A stretch of 61,692 nt of DNA from Bacillota bacterium (GCA_012842565.1 DUSO01000165.1:1-61692), one strand, 5' to 3'. Counted from the stretch's first letter, positions 46,620 through 55,999 are shown. Notes: generated by a model not told the origin, from the sequence alone. Translations and numbers: made by a program.

Positions 46620-47063
46620 ATGATTGATTCTAGTGTTTCCCAGAATTCCAATGATACCTCTACGTTTGTAGTTGGAAGCATCGTCGAGGGAAGAGTTGCG
46701 AGCATAGCTCCTTTTGGTGCGTTTGTCGAGCTAGCTCCAGGTAAAACGGGTCTTGTTCATATTTCGGAGATCGCAAATACCTACGTGCGCGATATCAAGG
46801 ATTATCTAAAGGAAAACGATCGCGTCAGGGCCAAGATCATATCAGTCGAGGACGGCCGGGTAGCCCTGTCAATCAAACAGGCAGACCCAAATTACCGGCC
46901 ACCTCGAAGCCGGGCAGACCAGCGTGCTGCACGCCAGTCGTTTGAGGACAAACTGGCGCGGTTCTTGAAGGAAAGCGAAGAGCGACAGCAGGATCTCAGG
47001 AGGGCATTGGATTCGAAACGCGGGGGCCGTGGCACCAGGGCGTCCCGCTACAGTGATTTTTAG
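46620..47063 (+). CDS. yabR: S1 RNA-binding domain protein (YabR-like)
   Basis: ..GSIVEGRVASIAPFGAFVELAPGKTGLVHISEIANTYVRDIKDYL..DRVRAKIISV..GRVALSIKQ is an S1 fold, followed by a basic tail. Confidence 0.88.
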   Translation: MIDSSVSQNSNDTSTFVVGSIVEGRVASIAPFGAFVELAPGKTGLVHISEIANTYVRDIKDYLKENDRVRAKIISVEDGRVALSIKQADPNYRPPRSRADQRAARQSFEDKLARFLKESEERQQDLRRALDSKRGGRGTRASRYSDF

Positions 47064-47177
47064 AGAGCACGTGGCCTTGCCAGACTGCATCCAGGCCACG
47101 CCCTGCCGGGTTTTGTTGCGCCTCCGCGATGTCATGGTGGACGCAGGTCATGTTGTGATGAATAATCAGCCTTCTCT

Positions 47178-47846
47178 ATGGGCACCCCTCACAAAGGGGT
47201 GCCCTGTTTTTTATACCGGCCTATTGAGGTGAATGGCTTGGATAGAGAGATTCCGAGCCCGCAAGATCGTATAATAATCGAAAAGCAGATAGGCAGGCGT
47301 CCCAGGGGACTCTTGTATGTGGCGACTCGCTGTCCCTTTGGGGCTCCACAGGTCATTATCACCCACCCGCTGCCGGGATGTCGGGAACACTCCCCGCGCA
47401 GGCATTCAGAAGTCACATGCGTCTTTCCCACAGTCTACTGGTTGACTTGTCCTGCCCTCGTGAGGAGTGTTTCTGTGCTAGAAGCCTCGGGTGAGATCGA
47501 AAGATTCAAGGAGATCATCGAAAAGGACAAGGATAAGAGAGAGAGGCTTGCGGCTGCACACCGTGAGTACGCGCGCGACCGTGTTTCCCTGTTGACTGGC
47601 GAGGAGAGGGCCTGGATCTCGCATGAGATGCCAGGGATATGGAAAGCTATAACTACAAGGGGGGTGGCTGGTATTCGCCCGGACAACTATGGGGGCATAA
47701 AGTGTCTCCACGGTCATTACGCCCATTACGTGGCAGGAGGGGATAACCCCGTCGGCGAGCTGGTTTCCGGGGCGATACGTGCCTATGGGCTCCCGGAGTC
47801 TTGCGGTCAAGATAATGGCCTACCTCGGGGCTGGTGCACTGGTTAG
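47178..47846 (+). CDS. DUF501-domain protein
   Basis: ..IGRRPRGLLYVATRCPFGAPQVIITHPL.. and ..FPTVYWLTCPALVRSVSVLEASG.. match the DUF501 pattern. The start is uncertain. Confidence 0.78.
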   Translation: MGTPHKGVPCFLYRPIEVNGLDREIPSPQDRIIIEKQIGRRPRGLLYVATRCPFGAPQVIITHPLPGCREHSPRRHSEVTCVFPTVYWLTCPALVRSVSVLEASGEIERFKEIIEKDKDKRERLAAAHREYARDRVSLLTGEERAWISHEMPGIWKAITTRGVAGIRPDNYGGIKCLHGHYAHYVAGGDNPVGELVSGAIRAYGLPESCGQDNGLPRGWCTG

Positions 47847-47912
47847 CCTGTTGTGCTGGTCAGGTTGAGAATAGTATCCGGGGTGACCGGATAATTTTTT
47901 TCGTCTGCCCCC

Positions 47913-47948
47913 TTGACTAATATATTAAACCATGTTAATATTAAACCA
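47913..47948 (+). promoter_or_regulatory. Sigma-A promoter overlapped by a 16-bp-period direct repeat (candidate MarR operator)
   Basis: TTGACT (47913-47918), 17-nt spacer, TAATAT (47936-47941). ATATTAAACCA occurs at 47922-47932 and at 47938-47948. Confidence 0.5.
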
Positions 47949-47980
47949 GGTTAGGGGAATTCAACTGGAGGGCACTGGGA

Positions 47981-48529
47981 ATGCCGCAAGACGGCGAGCT
48001 ACTCCTGACAACAGCAAAATTATTCTGCGGAGCGCTTACGGTCGCTGTAACCGGGCCGGTGCTCGAGGAAATTGCACGGCTGGCTCTCACGGAGACCCAG
48101 TTTGCCGCCTTGAGGTACATACTGCTTCATGACATGCCGGCACCAACAGAGCTCGCAGATGGCCTCGGTATTTCGAGCGCTGCAGTGACCAGGCTTGCCG
48201 ATCGCCTGGAACGCAAAGGGCTTCTCATCCGGCAGCCCGACCCTGAGGATAGGAGGACCCTCCGCCTGGTACTCACCGAGGAGGGCAGGAGGATCGTAGA
48301 GCAGGTTATTGAAGGCGAACAGGCGAGATTCGATGATGTGATCAAGAGATTACCTCCATCATTAAGGGACGCCTTCGAGACCGGGATAAAGGCCTTTCTG
48401 GATGCCTGCCTTACATCCCCTGACGAGATAGAGAGGATATGCCTGCGGTGCGGGTGGGTCCACAACCCCGGGTGCCCCGGGAGCATAGCATACCAGCGCC
48501 TCACCGGGAAACCGATGGAGAGGTATTAA
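47981..48529 (+). CDS. MarR-family transcriptional regulator with a Cys-rich C-terminal extension
   Basis: wHTH ..PAPTELADGLGISSAAVTRLADRLERKGLLIRQPDPEDRRTLRLVLTEEG.. The tail is ..CLTSPDEIERICLRCGWVHNPGCPGS.. Confidence 0.88.
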   Translation: MPQDGELLLTTAKLFCGALTVAVTGPVLEEIARLALTETQFAALRYILLHDMPAPTELADGLGISSAAVTRLADRLERKGLLIRQPDPEDRRTLRLVLTEEGRRIVEQVIEGEQARFDDVIKRLPPSLRDAFETGIKAFLDACLTSPDEIERICLRCGWVHNPGCPGSIAYQRLTGKPMERY

Positions 48530-48662
48530 CCACCGTTACATATCCTGTCGGGGAGGTGGAGACTTGGAGAGAGCGAGAGTGGTCGACAGTCTTTGATTCT
48601 ACGTCACTGATCCGGGAATTGCAGATCCCAAAGGGGACTATCACCAAGGGAGGTAATATGAA

Positions 48663-49196
48663 ATGGAATTAAAGGGCAGTAAGACTGAGGCCAATCTCAG
48701 GGCGGCCTTTGCAGGAGAGTCGCAGGCCAGAAACAAGTATACCTACTTCGCCGAGGTGGCACAGAGGGAAGGTTATGAGCAAATAGCGGGCATCTTCCGG
48801 GAGACTGCTGACAACGAGAAAGAGCACGCCCGGCGCATCTTCAATTTCCTGAAGGGGGTCGGGTCAACCGTAGACAACCTCAAGGCGGCAGCGGAAGGCG
48901 AGAATTATGAGTGGACCCAGATGTATAAGGACTTCGAGCGGGTTGCCCGCGAGGAGGGCTTCTCCGAGATCGCGGCCTTCTTCAGGGAGGTTGCGGAGGT
49001 CGAGGAGGAGCATGAAAAGCGATACAGGAAGCTCTTGGCGAACATAGAGGGGGGGACTGTCTTTAAGAGGCCACAGCCTGTCGCCTGGAAGTGCCGCAAT
49101 TGCGGCTACGTGCACAGGGGCACCGAGGCGCCTGCGAGTTGCCCATCATGCACATACCCGCGGGCCTATTTCGAGATCATGGCGGAGAATTACTAA
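48663..49196 (+). CDS. rbr: Rubrerythrin
   Basis: Diiron four-helix bundle (..[23 protein letters not shown].., ..EKEHA.., ..EEEHEKRY..) plus a C-terminal rubredoxin-like CRNCG...CPSC motif. RBS AGGGAGG. Confidence 0.93.
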   Translation: MELKGSKTEANLRAAFAGESQARNKYTYFAEVAQREGYEQIAGIFRETADNEKEHARRIFNFLKGVGSTVDNLKAAAEGENYEWTQMYKDFERVAREEGFSEIAAFFREVAEVEEEHEKRYRKLLANIEGGTVFKRPQPVAWKCRNCGYVHRGTEAPASCPSCTYPRAYFEIMAENY

Positions 49197-49223
49197 CGCA
49201 AGAGAACGGCCAGAGAGCGATTT

Positions 49224-49275
49224 GAAACTACTACAATGAATCGAAATCACTACAACGAATCGAGATCGCTCAAGA
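49224..49275. repeat. 19-bp tandem repeat (2 full units plus 1 degenerate unit) between rbr and the rubredoxin-like gene
   Basis: GAAACTACTACAATGAATC / GAAATCACTACAACGAATC / GAGATCGCTCAAGAT... Confidence 0.6.
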
Positions 49276-49333
49276 TAGGATTACTTAAGCCCGCCCGATA
49301 TGCCAGTCTGGCGGTTAGGGGAGGGGAAACAAC

Positions 49334-49669
49334 ATGAAGAAATGGCGTTGCTCAGTATGCGGGTTTGTCTATGATGGCGAACAGGCTCCTGAAAGCTGTC
49401 CTAAGTGCGGCGCTCCCAAGGATAAGTTTGCCGAGATAGCTCAGGATGCGGCTACCCTCATCGAGAGGTCCCGAAAGACCAACCAGCTCCACATGGAGCT
49501 CTTAACTCAGCTCCAGCGGGTGTTGGAGACCGCCGAGGCAGGTATCCAGGATAATCTGGATCCTCCATGTGTAAAGCTGTTTGAGTATGCCAGGGGACAG
49601 GCATATACTATCCAGCAGATGATCAAGGCGGAGCTGGCCGGTCATATGGGCAAGGGCAAATGGGGATGA
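49334..49669 (+). CDS. Rubredoxin-like zinc-ribbon protein with a helical C-domain
   Basis: [32 protein letters not shown] has two CxxC knuckles. RBS GGGGAGGGG. 111 aa. Confidence 0.7.
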   Translation: MKKWRCSVCGFVYDGEQAPESCPKCGAPKDKFAEIAQDAATLIERSRKTNQLHMELLTQLQRVLETAEAGIQDNLDPPCVKLFEYARGQAYTIQQMIKAELAGHMGKGKWG

Positions 49670-49693
49670 TCGGTGCATTCGCCTAGTTACCTT

Positions 49694-49730
49694 AACCCCG
49701 CCAGCCCTCCGGCTGGTGGGGTTCTTGCTT
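49694..49730 (+). terminator. Rho-independent terminator
   Basis: AACCCCGCCAGCC-CTCC-GGCTGGTGGGGTT followed by CTTGCTT. Confidence 0.7.
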
Positions 49731-49845
49731 CTAAACCAGATTTAGGCTAACATGGGTAATGATAGTCATACCGGCAGCAGGGACCAGGGAGTTCCCAGCA
49801 TCTTCTCTGCTCTGCTTTCTTATAATGTAGGGGGAGTTGATTCTC

Positions 49846-50937
49846 GTGATAGGTGTGCCGCATCTCGACACCCCGATAAGTATAAGAGGGGTGGAGATAC
49901 GCAACAGGATAGTCATGCCACCAATGGTCAGGTTTGGCTGGGCCGGCCCCCTTGGGGAGGTAACCGACCGGCACGTCGAACACTACGCAAGGCGGGCCAG
50001 GGGAGGCGTTGGCCTGATCATCGTGGAGGCAGCTGCAGTGGCACCAAATGGCAAGCTCGCGGCGGCACAGCTCGGCGTCTGGGATGACATGCATATACCA
50101 GGGCTTCGTAGGATCACCCATGCATGCCACCGGGCCGGCGCCAAGATACTCCTGCAGGTCGGTCATGCCGGCGGCAATACAACCTTTGATAATATAGGCG
50201 AGACCCCGGTGGCTCCTGCGGGTGTGCCCTTGCCGGGCAAGGAGGCGCTTGGCGCCCCGCGGCCCCTCACTCAAGCTGAGATTCGTGGGATTGTAAGACA
50301 GTTTGGCTTGGCGGCCGCAAGGGCTGAAGCCGCAGGTTTTGACGGGGTCGAAATACACGGTGCCCATGGTTACCTCCTGAGCCAGTTCCTTTCCCCGGTC
50401 ACCAACAGGCGGACTGACGAATATGGGGGGCCGCTGGAAAACCGCGCGCGTTTCCTGCTTGAGGTGGTGAGAGAGGTGCGGGCGCGAGTAGGACCTGGGT
50501 TTATCGTAGGATACCGGCTCGGCGCGAGAGACCTGGTGCCCGGGGGCCTGGGTATCGAGGAAAGTCAGAGGGTCGCGGTGAGCCTCGAAGCCGAAGGTGT
50601 TGACTTGATCCATGTCTCCCATGGTGTGCCTGGGGAAGCACTTCCCAGTGTGCCGCCTGGTTCTCCCTACAGTTACCTTGTCCACCTGGCACCCCCAATT
50701 AAGGCTGTCGTGAGGGTGCCGGTGATTGCCGTGGGCCGGATAGTCGATCCCGGAATTGCCCGATCGATCTTGGAGAATGGGATGGCGGATATGGTAGCAA
50801 TAGGTAGGGCGCTTCTCGCCGACCCGGAATGGGCGAATAAGGCGATTGCAGGACGCGACAGAGAAATCGCGAGGTGCCGGCAATGCGAAGGAGGGTGCCG
50901 TCGCGCCAGGGATGAATGCCCGGTGGGGCGGGATTGA
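49846..50937 (+). CDS. NADH:flavin oxidoreductase, Old Yellow Enzyme family
   Basis: ..NRIVMPPM.., ..GVEIHGAHGYLLSQFLSPVTNRRTDEYGG.. and ..GRALLADPEW.. GTG start 9 nt after GGGGGAG. The track TTG at 49837 directly abuts the RBS. Confidence 0.88.
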   Translation: MIGVPHLDTPISIRGVEIRNRIVMPPMVRFGWAGPLGEVTDRHVEHYARRARGGVGLIIVEAAAVAPNGKLAAAQLGVWDDMHIPGLRRITHACHRAGAKILLQVGHAGGNTTFDNIGETPVAPAGVPLPGKEALGAPRPLTQAEIRGIVRQFGLAAARAEAAGFDGVEIHGAHGYLLSQFLSPVTNRRTDEYGGPLENRARFLLEVVREVRARVGPGFIVGYRLGARDLVPGGLGIEESQRVAVSLEAEGVDLIHVSHGVPGEALPSVPPGSPYSYLVHLAPPIKAVVRVPVIAVGRIVDPGIARSILENGMADMVAIGRALLADPEWANKAIAGRDREIARCRQCEGGCRRARDECPVGRD

Positions 50938-51332
50938 CCGTATGACAGTGTGGGATAGGGCGGCGTCGCAGGACAATGTGGGGGCAGGACCAGGATATCA
51001 TCCTGCCCCACTGGTGCTCATTGCCTGCCTCTCCTGCTAGACTCCCTACCTCACATTCTTCTCAAGGAAGTAGAGGATGAACCAGATCACAACGACTAAT
51101 CCTATGAGCTCAAGCATCTTGTTTTCCTCCTCTCAGGGGAACCCTCCCGTTCGTGATCCGCTTCATTAGAGTTATTCGTTGCTAGGTCGGGATTTCCCTC
51201 CATTGTTGTGAAAAGGAGTTTCTGGAAGGAATAGCACTCGGGGCGGCGAAGCAGGCAGCTGGCATCCCCGCGGGGCATGGAGCAATCGTCTCATTCACGC
51301 GGCGACCGGAAACTTGGGGCTTGCTCATCCTG

Positions 51333-52055
51333 TCACCCGATCTGTGTCAGGATTCGTTCCCTGTCAAAGAGTCTGGCCCCGATGCGTAGCAGGAATGTGT
51401 TTGCCGCAAGCATTACGACAATCGCCTCGAATGGAGACCTGCCCAGGAAGTCCAACAGCTGGGGCCCCTTGTAGGCTAAGAGCAGTATGACCGGCAGATT
51501 GATGAAAGCGCCCATCTGCTGGGCAGATCTCACCGAGGTCGCCCGGGAGGAGATCATGACCGCAATGCTGACCATTGTGAGAATTATGAATGGAACAAGA
51601 AGTGCTGTACGCAAGATCACGCCCATGTCCGGGGAGAATGGCATCCCGTAACGGATCCTGGCAAATATATAGCTTGCCAGCAGGAATATGACCTGTACTA
51701 TTGCTACCAGTGCAAGGGGGGGCACGAGAGAACCAACAACCTTGCCCACGAAGATCTCGAGGTTGGAAACCGGTGTTGCCACCAGAGGCTCTATCGTCCT
51801 GTTTTCCTTTTCCCCGACAAGGCTTGCGATAGCAAGCTGCATCGAAAAGGTGGCGGGTAAGATGCTCGAGAGGAGAAACCACATGGGAAACAGGGCGCTC
51901 GCTACGCCCGAGGGCACAGTCCGGATTGCCCCCAGGCCTACATAAGCATAGAAGACCGGGAGGACGAGGCCCGTCACCATAATTGTATATACAAATCTGG
52001 TATCAGAAAGGACCTCCCGGAGTTCCCTGGATGCAATGATAAGACTCCTTCTCAT
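51333..52055 (-). CDS. ABC-2 family transporter permease
   Basis: 240 aa with six predicted TM segments, downstream of an ABC ATPase on the same strand. Confidence 0.8.
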   Translation of the reverse strand: MRRSLIIASRELREVLSDTRFVYTIMVTGLVLPVFYAYVGLGAIRTVPSGVASALFPMWFLLSSILPATFSMQLAIASLVGEKENRTIEPLVATPVSNLEIFVGKVVGSLVPPLALVAIVQVIFLLASYIFARIRYGMPFSPDMGVILRTALLVPFIILTMVSIAVMISSRATSVRSAQQMGAFINLPVILLLAYKGPQLLDFLGRSPFEAIVVMLAANTFLLRIGARLFDRERILTQIG

Positions 52056-52136
52056 GAAAACCCCTCCAGTGGGAGTTATCCCGGCCCGGCCATCTCAGTT
52101 CTCCATCCCAGCCGTACAGCCGTGGCAGCCGTTTGG

Positions 52137-53123
52137 TCACCTGTCCGGCTGCCGCATAGTTGAGGTAGCCCCTGAGACTGTCTCAAGGTAGATGTCTTCA
52201 AGGCTGCGCGTAGATTCCTCACAGGCGATTACAGCGATCCCCTCGTTGAGGAGCCGGCCAAGGACCCTGGGATTTGTGGCCTCCACCTGGCTTGCCGAGA
52301 AAGTGATGAGGAGTGATCTATCCTGAGGTTCCACTTTTACCCATACTACGCCCTCTACCTGTGTAACCATTCGCACGATATCTTCAAGCCAGGCTTGGCT
52401 TGGCGTACCGCCGTCCAGGGCGCAGCGAACCCGGAATTCTCTGGGCCCCTTGTGACCCCGCATGACCTCCTGAGTCCTCGCGAAGTGCTTTAGCCTCCCA
52501 TGGTCTATAATGCCGACCCAGTCAGATAACCGCTCCGCCTCATCAAGGTTATGGGTACACAACAATACCGTCCGTTTTTCATCCTCTTTGAGGAAAAGAA
52601 TGTAATCGCGGAATATTTTTGCGCTTTCAGGATCGAGGCCCGAGGTCGGTTCGTCGAGGAATATGACCCTGGGATCATGGAGAAGTGCCCTCGCCAGTGC
52701 TACTTTTTGTTTCATGCCACGTGAGAAAGTCCCGATGCGTTTATGCCTGTGATCTTGTAGATCAAAAAGCTCAAGAAAACGCCGGACTCTTGTGCCAATC
52801 TCGGAAGCCGGAATTCCGTAGAGCCTCGCGAAGAAGATGAGATATTCCTCAACGCGCATCCTGTCATAAAGCCCAGGGCTCTCAGTCAAGATGCCGACCT
52901 GGGCCCGGATTACGTCCTTTTCTCTCCGGATGGAATGCCCGGCCACTATTGCATCGCCCGAATCGGGGGAGATGAGGCAAGCGAGCATCCTCACTGTCGT
53001 GGTCTTGCCCGCACCATTTGGACCGAGGAGTGCCATGATCTGGCCGTCGGGGACGTAGAAGGATATCCCGTCTACAGCGGTCTTGCCATTGAACTTTTTA
53101 GTAAGATCCGTACACTTGATCAT
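52137..53123 (-). CDS. ABC transporter ATP-binding protein with a C-terminal accessory domain
   Basis: Walker A GPNGAGKTT, signature FSRGMKQKV, Walker B VIFLDEPTSGLD, H-loop CTHNLDE. Confidence 0.9.
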   Translation of the reverse strand: MIKCTDLTKKFNGKTAVDGISFYVPDGQIMALLGPNGAGKTTTVRMLACLISPDSGDAIVAGHSIRREKDVIRAQVGILTESPGLYDRMRVEEYLIFFARLYGIPASEIGTRVRRFLELFDLQDHRHKRIGTFSRGMKQKVALARALLHDPRVIFLDEPTSGLDPESAKIFRDYILFLKEDEKRTVLLCTHNLDEAERLSDWVGIIDHGRLKHFARTQEVMRGHKGPREFRVRCALDGGTPSQAWLEDIVRMVTQVEGVVWVKVEPQDRSLLITFSASQVEATNPRVLGRLLNEGIAVIACEESTRSLEDIYLETVSGATSTMRQPDR

Positions 53124-53309
53124 GAGTTGATCCTTGCCTTCCTGGCGGGTGTCAAGCCGATATTACTATGGCAACTTGACGATGTCAACTTCCGGGATAC
53201 CTTATGTTCCGTAATGGTATACCGGACGTGAGCCCTCAACTATACATAAATCCGCGCATGTAGGTCGGTCACGCAGGGCGGCCTATGGCGGAGAGGGGAG
53301 AAATTTCGG

Positions 53310-54170
53310 ATGCTGGCAGATTACCATATACACCTGGAGAGAGGCCCTCTTACCAGGGAATGGCTCTTGAGGTTTGTAGACATGGCCCGTGCCCGTGGAA
53401 TCAGTGAGATAGGCATAAGCGAACACGGGACGAGGTTTAGGGAATTCAAGGCGCTTATGGCCCCGCTAAAACTCGAGAATAGCCCATTCAGTCACATCCG
53501 GCAGTGGTATTCAAATGATTTCAAGGACGCACTAGAAGATTACGTCAGGCTCATAGTGGAGGCAAAGGCTTTGGGGGCTCCTGTAAAGCTTGCCCTCGAG
53601 GTGGATTATATTCCCGGGGCCGAAGATGCGCTAAGGGAGCTCATCGCCGGCTACCCATTTGACTATATTATCGGTTCGGTCCACTTCTTGGGGGACTGGC
53701 CGGTGGATTTCTTCCCCCAGGACTGGGCTGGGAGGGACGTGGACGAGGTTTATCTAGAATATTTTTCTACGCTGGCTCAGGCTGCGCGGAGCGGCCTTTT
53801 TGATGTAATGGCGCATCCTGACCTGGTGAAGCTCTTCGGCCACATGCCGGGACACCGGCATGAAGATGTGAACGCGGCAGTATCGGAATGCATAAGGCAG
53901 GTCGCAATGTCGGGTGCTGCCGTGGAGGTCAGCACCGCGGGGCTTCGCAGGCCAGCGGGGGAAATGTATCCAGCTCCGGCTTTTTTGAAGGCGTGTGCCC
54001 GGGCGGGCATTCCCATTACCCTGGCATCTGACGCCCATGTGCCGGAAGAGGTCGGATTCAAGTTGGGCGAGGCAGCAAGATACGCCCGTGAGTGCGGGTA
54101 TCGCAGCTTCACGACATTTGAGGGCCGCAAGGCCAGAAGTAACGTATTCGATGAGGAGACCATAACATGA
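53310..54170 (+). CDS. hisK: Histidinol-phosphatase, PHP family (HisJ/HisK type)
   Basis: MLADYHIHLERG.., ..EIGISEHG.., ..GSVHF.., ..AHPDLVK.. and ..SDAH.. are PHP metal-ligand motifs in order. Confidence 0.88.
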   Translation: MLADYHIHLERGPLTREWLLRFVDMARARGISEIGISEHGTRFREFKALMAPLKLENSPFSHIRQWYSNDFKDALEDYVRLIVEAKALGAPVKLALEVDYIPGAEDALRELIAGYPFDYIIGSVHFLGDWPVDFFPQDWAGRDVDEVYLEYFSTLAQAARSGLFDVMAHPDLVKLFGHMPGHRHEDVNAAVSECIRQVAMSGAAVEVSTAGLRRPAGEMYPAPAFLKACARAGIPITLASDAHVPEEVGFKLGEAARYARECGYRSFTTFEGRKARSNVFDEETIT

Positions 54171-54316
54171 GTGCAGATAGAGGGGTTACCTCAGGCGGCG
54201 ACTTCCATTTTGTACATCCCATTGTACATCCCTGGGAGCCTCTGATGGATTGTCGACACGGTATAGATATCGCCGGGCTGGCCGAAGGCAAGTCAGGGTA
54301 AAGCAAGTTCGAGGTC

Positions 54317-54345
54317 TTGACCTCTACCGGCCGGCCTGCTAATAT
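54317..54345 (+). promoter_or_regulatory. Candidate sigma-A promoter for tRNA-Leu
   Basis: TTGACC, 17-nt spacer, TAATAT. A second TATAAT lies 2 nt further downstream. About 45 nt upstream of the tRNA. Confidence 0.5.
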
Positions 54346-54390
54346 CTATAATAGGAACAATGGTATTCATGCTGCCTGGATGTAATCTGT

Positions 54391-54476
54391 GCCGGAGTGG
54401 CGGAATGGCAGACGCTGGAGACTTAAAATCTTCTGCCAGAAATGGCGTGCGGGTTCGAGTCCCGCCTCCGGCACCA
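54391..54476 (+). tRNA. tRNA-Leu (anticodon UAA), class II with long variable arm, CCA encoded
   Basis: Acceptor GCCGGAG/CTCCGGC, anticodon stem GGAGA/TCTTC with loop CTTAAAA (TAA), long variable arm TGCCAGAAATGGCGT, T arm GCGGG-TTCGAGT-CCCGC. Confidence 0.93.
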
Positions 54477-54609
54477 AAGGGAGATGTGGGAGAGCAGTTA
54501 GTTTGGCAGAGCGCCATACGGCTGCTTTTTATTTTGTGGAAATGGCGGGGCGCTTTTCCTGCGGCCTGGTCGGACACGTGCCAGCCGGGTACATGCCGGC
54601 GTGCTGGTC

Positions 54610-54638
54610 TTGACTCACGCCCGGCGTCATGATACGCT
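54610..54638 (+). promoter_or_regulatory. Candidate promoter of the fur-family/cbiMQO operon
   Basis: TTGACT (54610-54615), 17-nt spacer, TGa-TACGCT extended -10 (54633-54638). Confidence 0.45.
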
Positions 54639-54642
54639 ACTG

Positions 54643-54659
54643 TTGCAAATGATTTGCAA
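54643..54659. promoter_or_regulatory. Perfect 8-1-8 palindrome, candidate Fur-family operator
   Basis: TTGCAAAT-G-ATTTGCAA, 4 nt downstream of the -10 element and 32 nt upstream of the Fur-family gene. The architecture resembles 7-1-7 Fur/PerR/Zur boxes, but the half-site is different. Confidence 0.55.
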
Positions 54660-54690
54660 TAAGTAGCACGTGTAGGAGGATCACAGCATA

Positions 54691-55212
54691 TTGGGTAGAG
54701 GTTTCAAGAACTTATTGGACGAGGGCAATGAGGGACCCTGCCAGCTACTCAAGCAAAAGGGAATGAGGCTTACACGTCAACGGAAAGAAATAATTGCCGT
54801 GTTCTTGGAGCAAGATGGCTACCTTTCGCCCGGGGAGGTCCGTGATGCGGTGTCCCGGCGGGGCCTATATCTCGACCTGAGCACCGTCTATCGTAACATA
54901 AAGCTCCTCAGTAAGGAGCATATTCTGATAAGAGCCGACGTAGACGACCCAGTTGCACGGTACGAGCTTGCTTGCAAGGCAAGGAAACATCGCCACTACC
55001 TAGTCTGTGAATGCTGCGGCCGGGCCGTCGAGTTTCATGATTGCGGGATTGAAGCCCTGGAGGACAATCTGGCCCAAAAGACGAGATTTCGCATAAGCGG
55101 GCATAGGCTGCAGATCACGGGTATTTGTCCCGAGTGCCAGGAGGCTCCTTCGACATCTACAGGCGCGATGTCGCCAGATATGAAGGCATCCCACGAGGAG
55201 GTCGGGGAGTGA
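54691..55212 (+). CDS. Fur-family metalloregulator (metal specificity unknown)
   Basis: ..MRLTRQRKEIIAVFLEQDGYLSPGEVRDAV......STVYRNIKLL.. wHTH. ..HRHYLVCECCG....H....L......ICPEC.. is a structural Cys4 site. TTG start after AGGAGG. Confidence 0.88.
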   Translation: MGRGFKNLLDEGNEGPCQLLKQKGMRLTRQRKEIIAVFLEQDGYLSPGEVRDAVSRRGLYLDLSTVYRNIKLLSKEHILIRADVDDPVARYELACKARKHRHYLVCECCGRAVEFHDCGIEALEDNLAQKTRFRISGHRLQITGICPECQEAPSTSTGAMSPDMKASHEEVGE

Positions 55213-55213
55213 T

Positions 55214-55999
55214 ATGTCCCACCTTCACATACCTGATGGCGTTATCCCCCTCGGGTGGTCGTTAATGTGGCTTGTCTTGGCCCTTATATGGCTCGCCTTA
55301 TCCCTTCATGTATTGCGCCGCGAGGATAGGAGCCGTCTCGTCCCTCGGGTCGGCATCTTTGCCGCTGTGATGATCCTCGGGATGTCTGTGGAATGGTTCG
55401 GCGTCTATCACCTCAACCTGACCGTCTTCTCAGGCATAGCGCTCGGGCCATGGGCGGGGTTTGTGGCCCAGTTTCTCGCCAACCTGATGCTTTCACTACT
55501 TGGACACGGCGGGATCACAACGTTGGGCTTAAACTCACTGGTCCTTGGCAGTGAGGTCGTCATTGGCTACCTGCTATTTCGCCTATTCAAGCGGCTCTGG
55601 ACCAGGGGGGGTGACGCCCGGGCTGGCGGCATGGCCAGGAGGTTTGCCGTTCCTGCTTTCTGGGCCACGCTCGTCGCTCTTGTGTTTTCATTTACCCTTA
55701 TGATGGGGGCGCTTGGGATCAGCATAGGGGATACGGCGGCGGTGTGGGACGTGCTGTCTCGCCACCACGATAATCACGGTGACGAAAGCCCCAACCAAGC
55801 CTACCATGAGACCGAGCACGGGGAGGCCCAGCACGAGGCTCTGCAGGATGAGCTTCGAGTTGGTTCGTTTTCACTCATGAATTTCATAAGGGCCGCGGTT
55901 GTACCCGGGGTGATCGGGTGGCCGGTAGAGGCTCTCATCGTAGCCGCCCTTGTCGGATATATCGGCCACGTGCGGCCTGGTTTTTTCCAGCGGCTTTGA
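55214..55999 (+). CDS. cbiM: CbiM/NikM-family ECF substrate-capture subunit with a His-rich loop
   Basis: N-terminus MSHLHIPDGV (canonical family N-terminus is MHIPDG). Seven predicted TM segments. The loop SRHHDNHGDESPNQAYHETEHGEAQHE lies before the last TM. Confidence 0.8.
   Translation: MSHLHIPDGVIPLGWSLMWLVLALIWLALSLHVLRREDRSRLVPRVGIFAAVMILGMSVEWFGVYHLNLTVFSGIALGPWAGFVAQFLANLMLSLLGHGGITTLGLNSLVLGSEVVIGYLLFRLFKRLWTRGGDARAGGMARRFAVPAFWATLVALVFSFTLMMGALGISIGDTAAVWDVLSRHHDNHGDESPNQAYHETEHGEAQHEALQDELRVGSFSLMNFIRAAVVPGVIGWPVEALIVAALVGYIGHVRPGFFQRL

Noticed and set aside
49747-50976. 409-aa minus-strand ORF
   Set aside because: It is antisense to the OYE-family gene, Arg/Pro/Gly-rich, and has no motifs or RBS.
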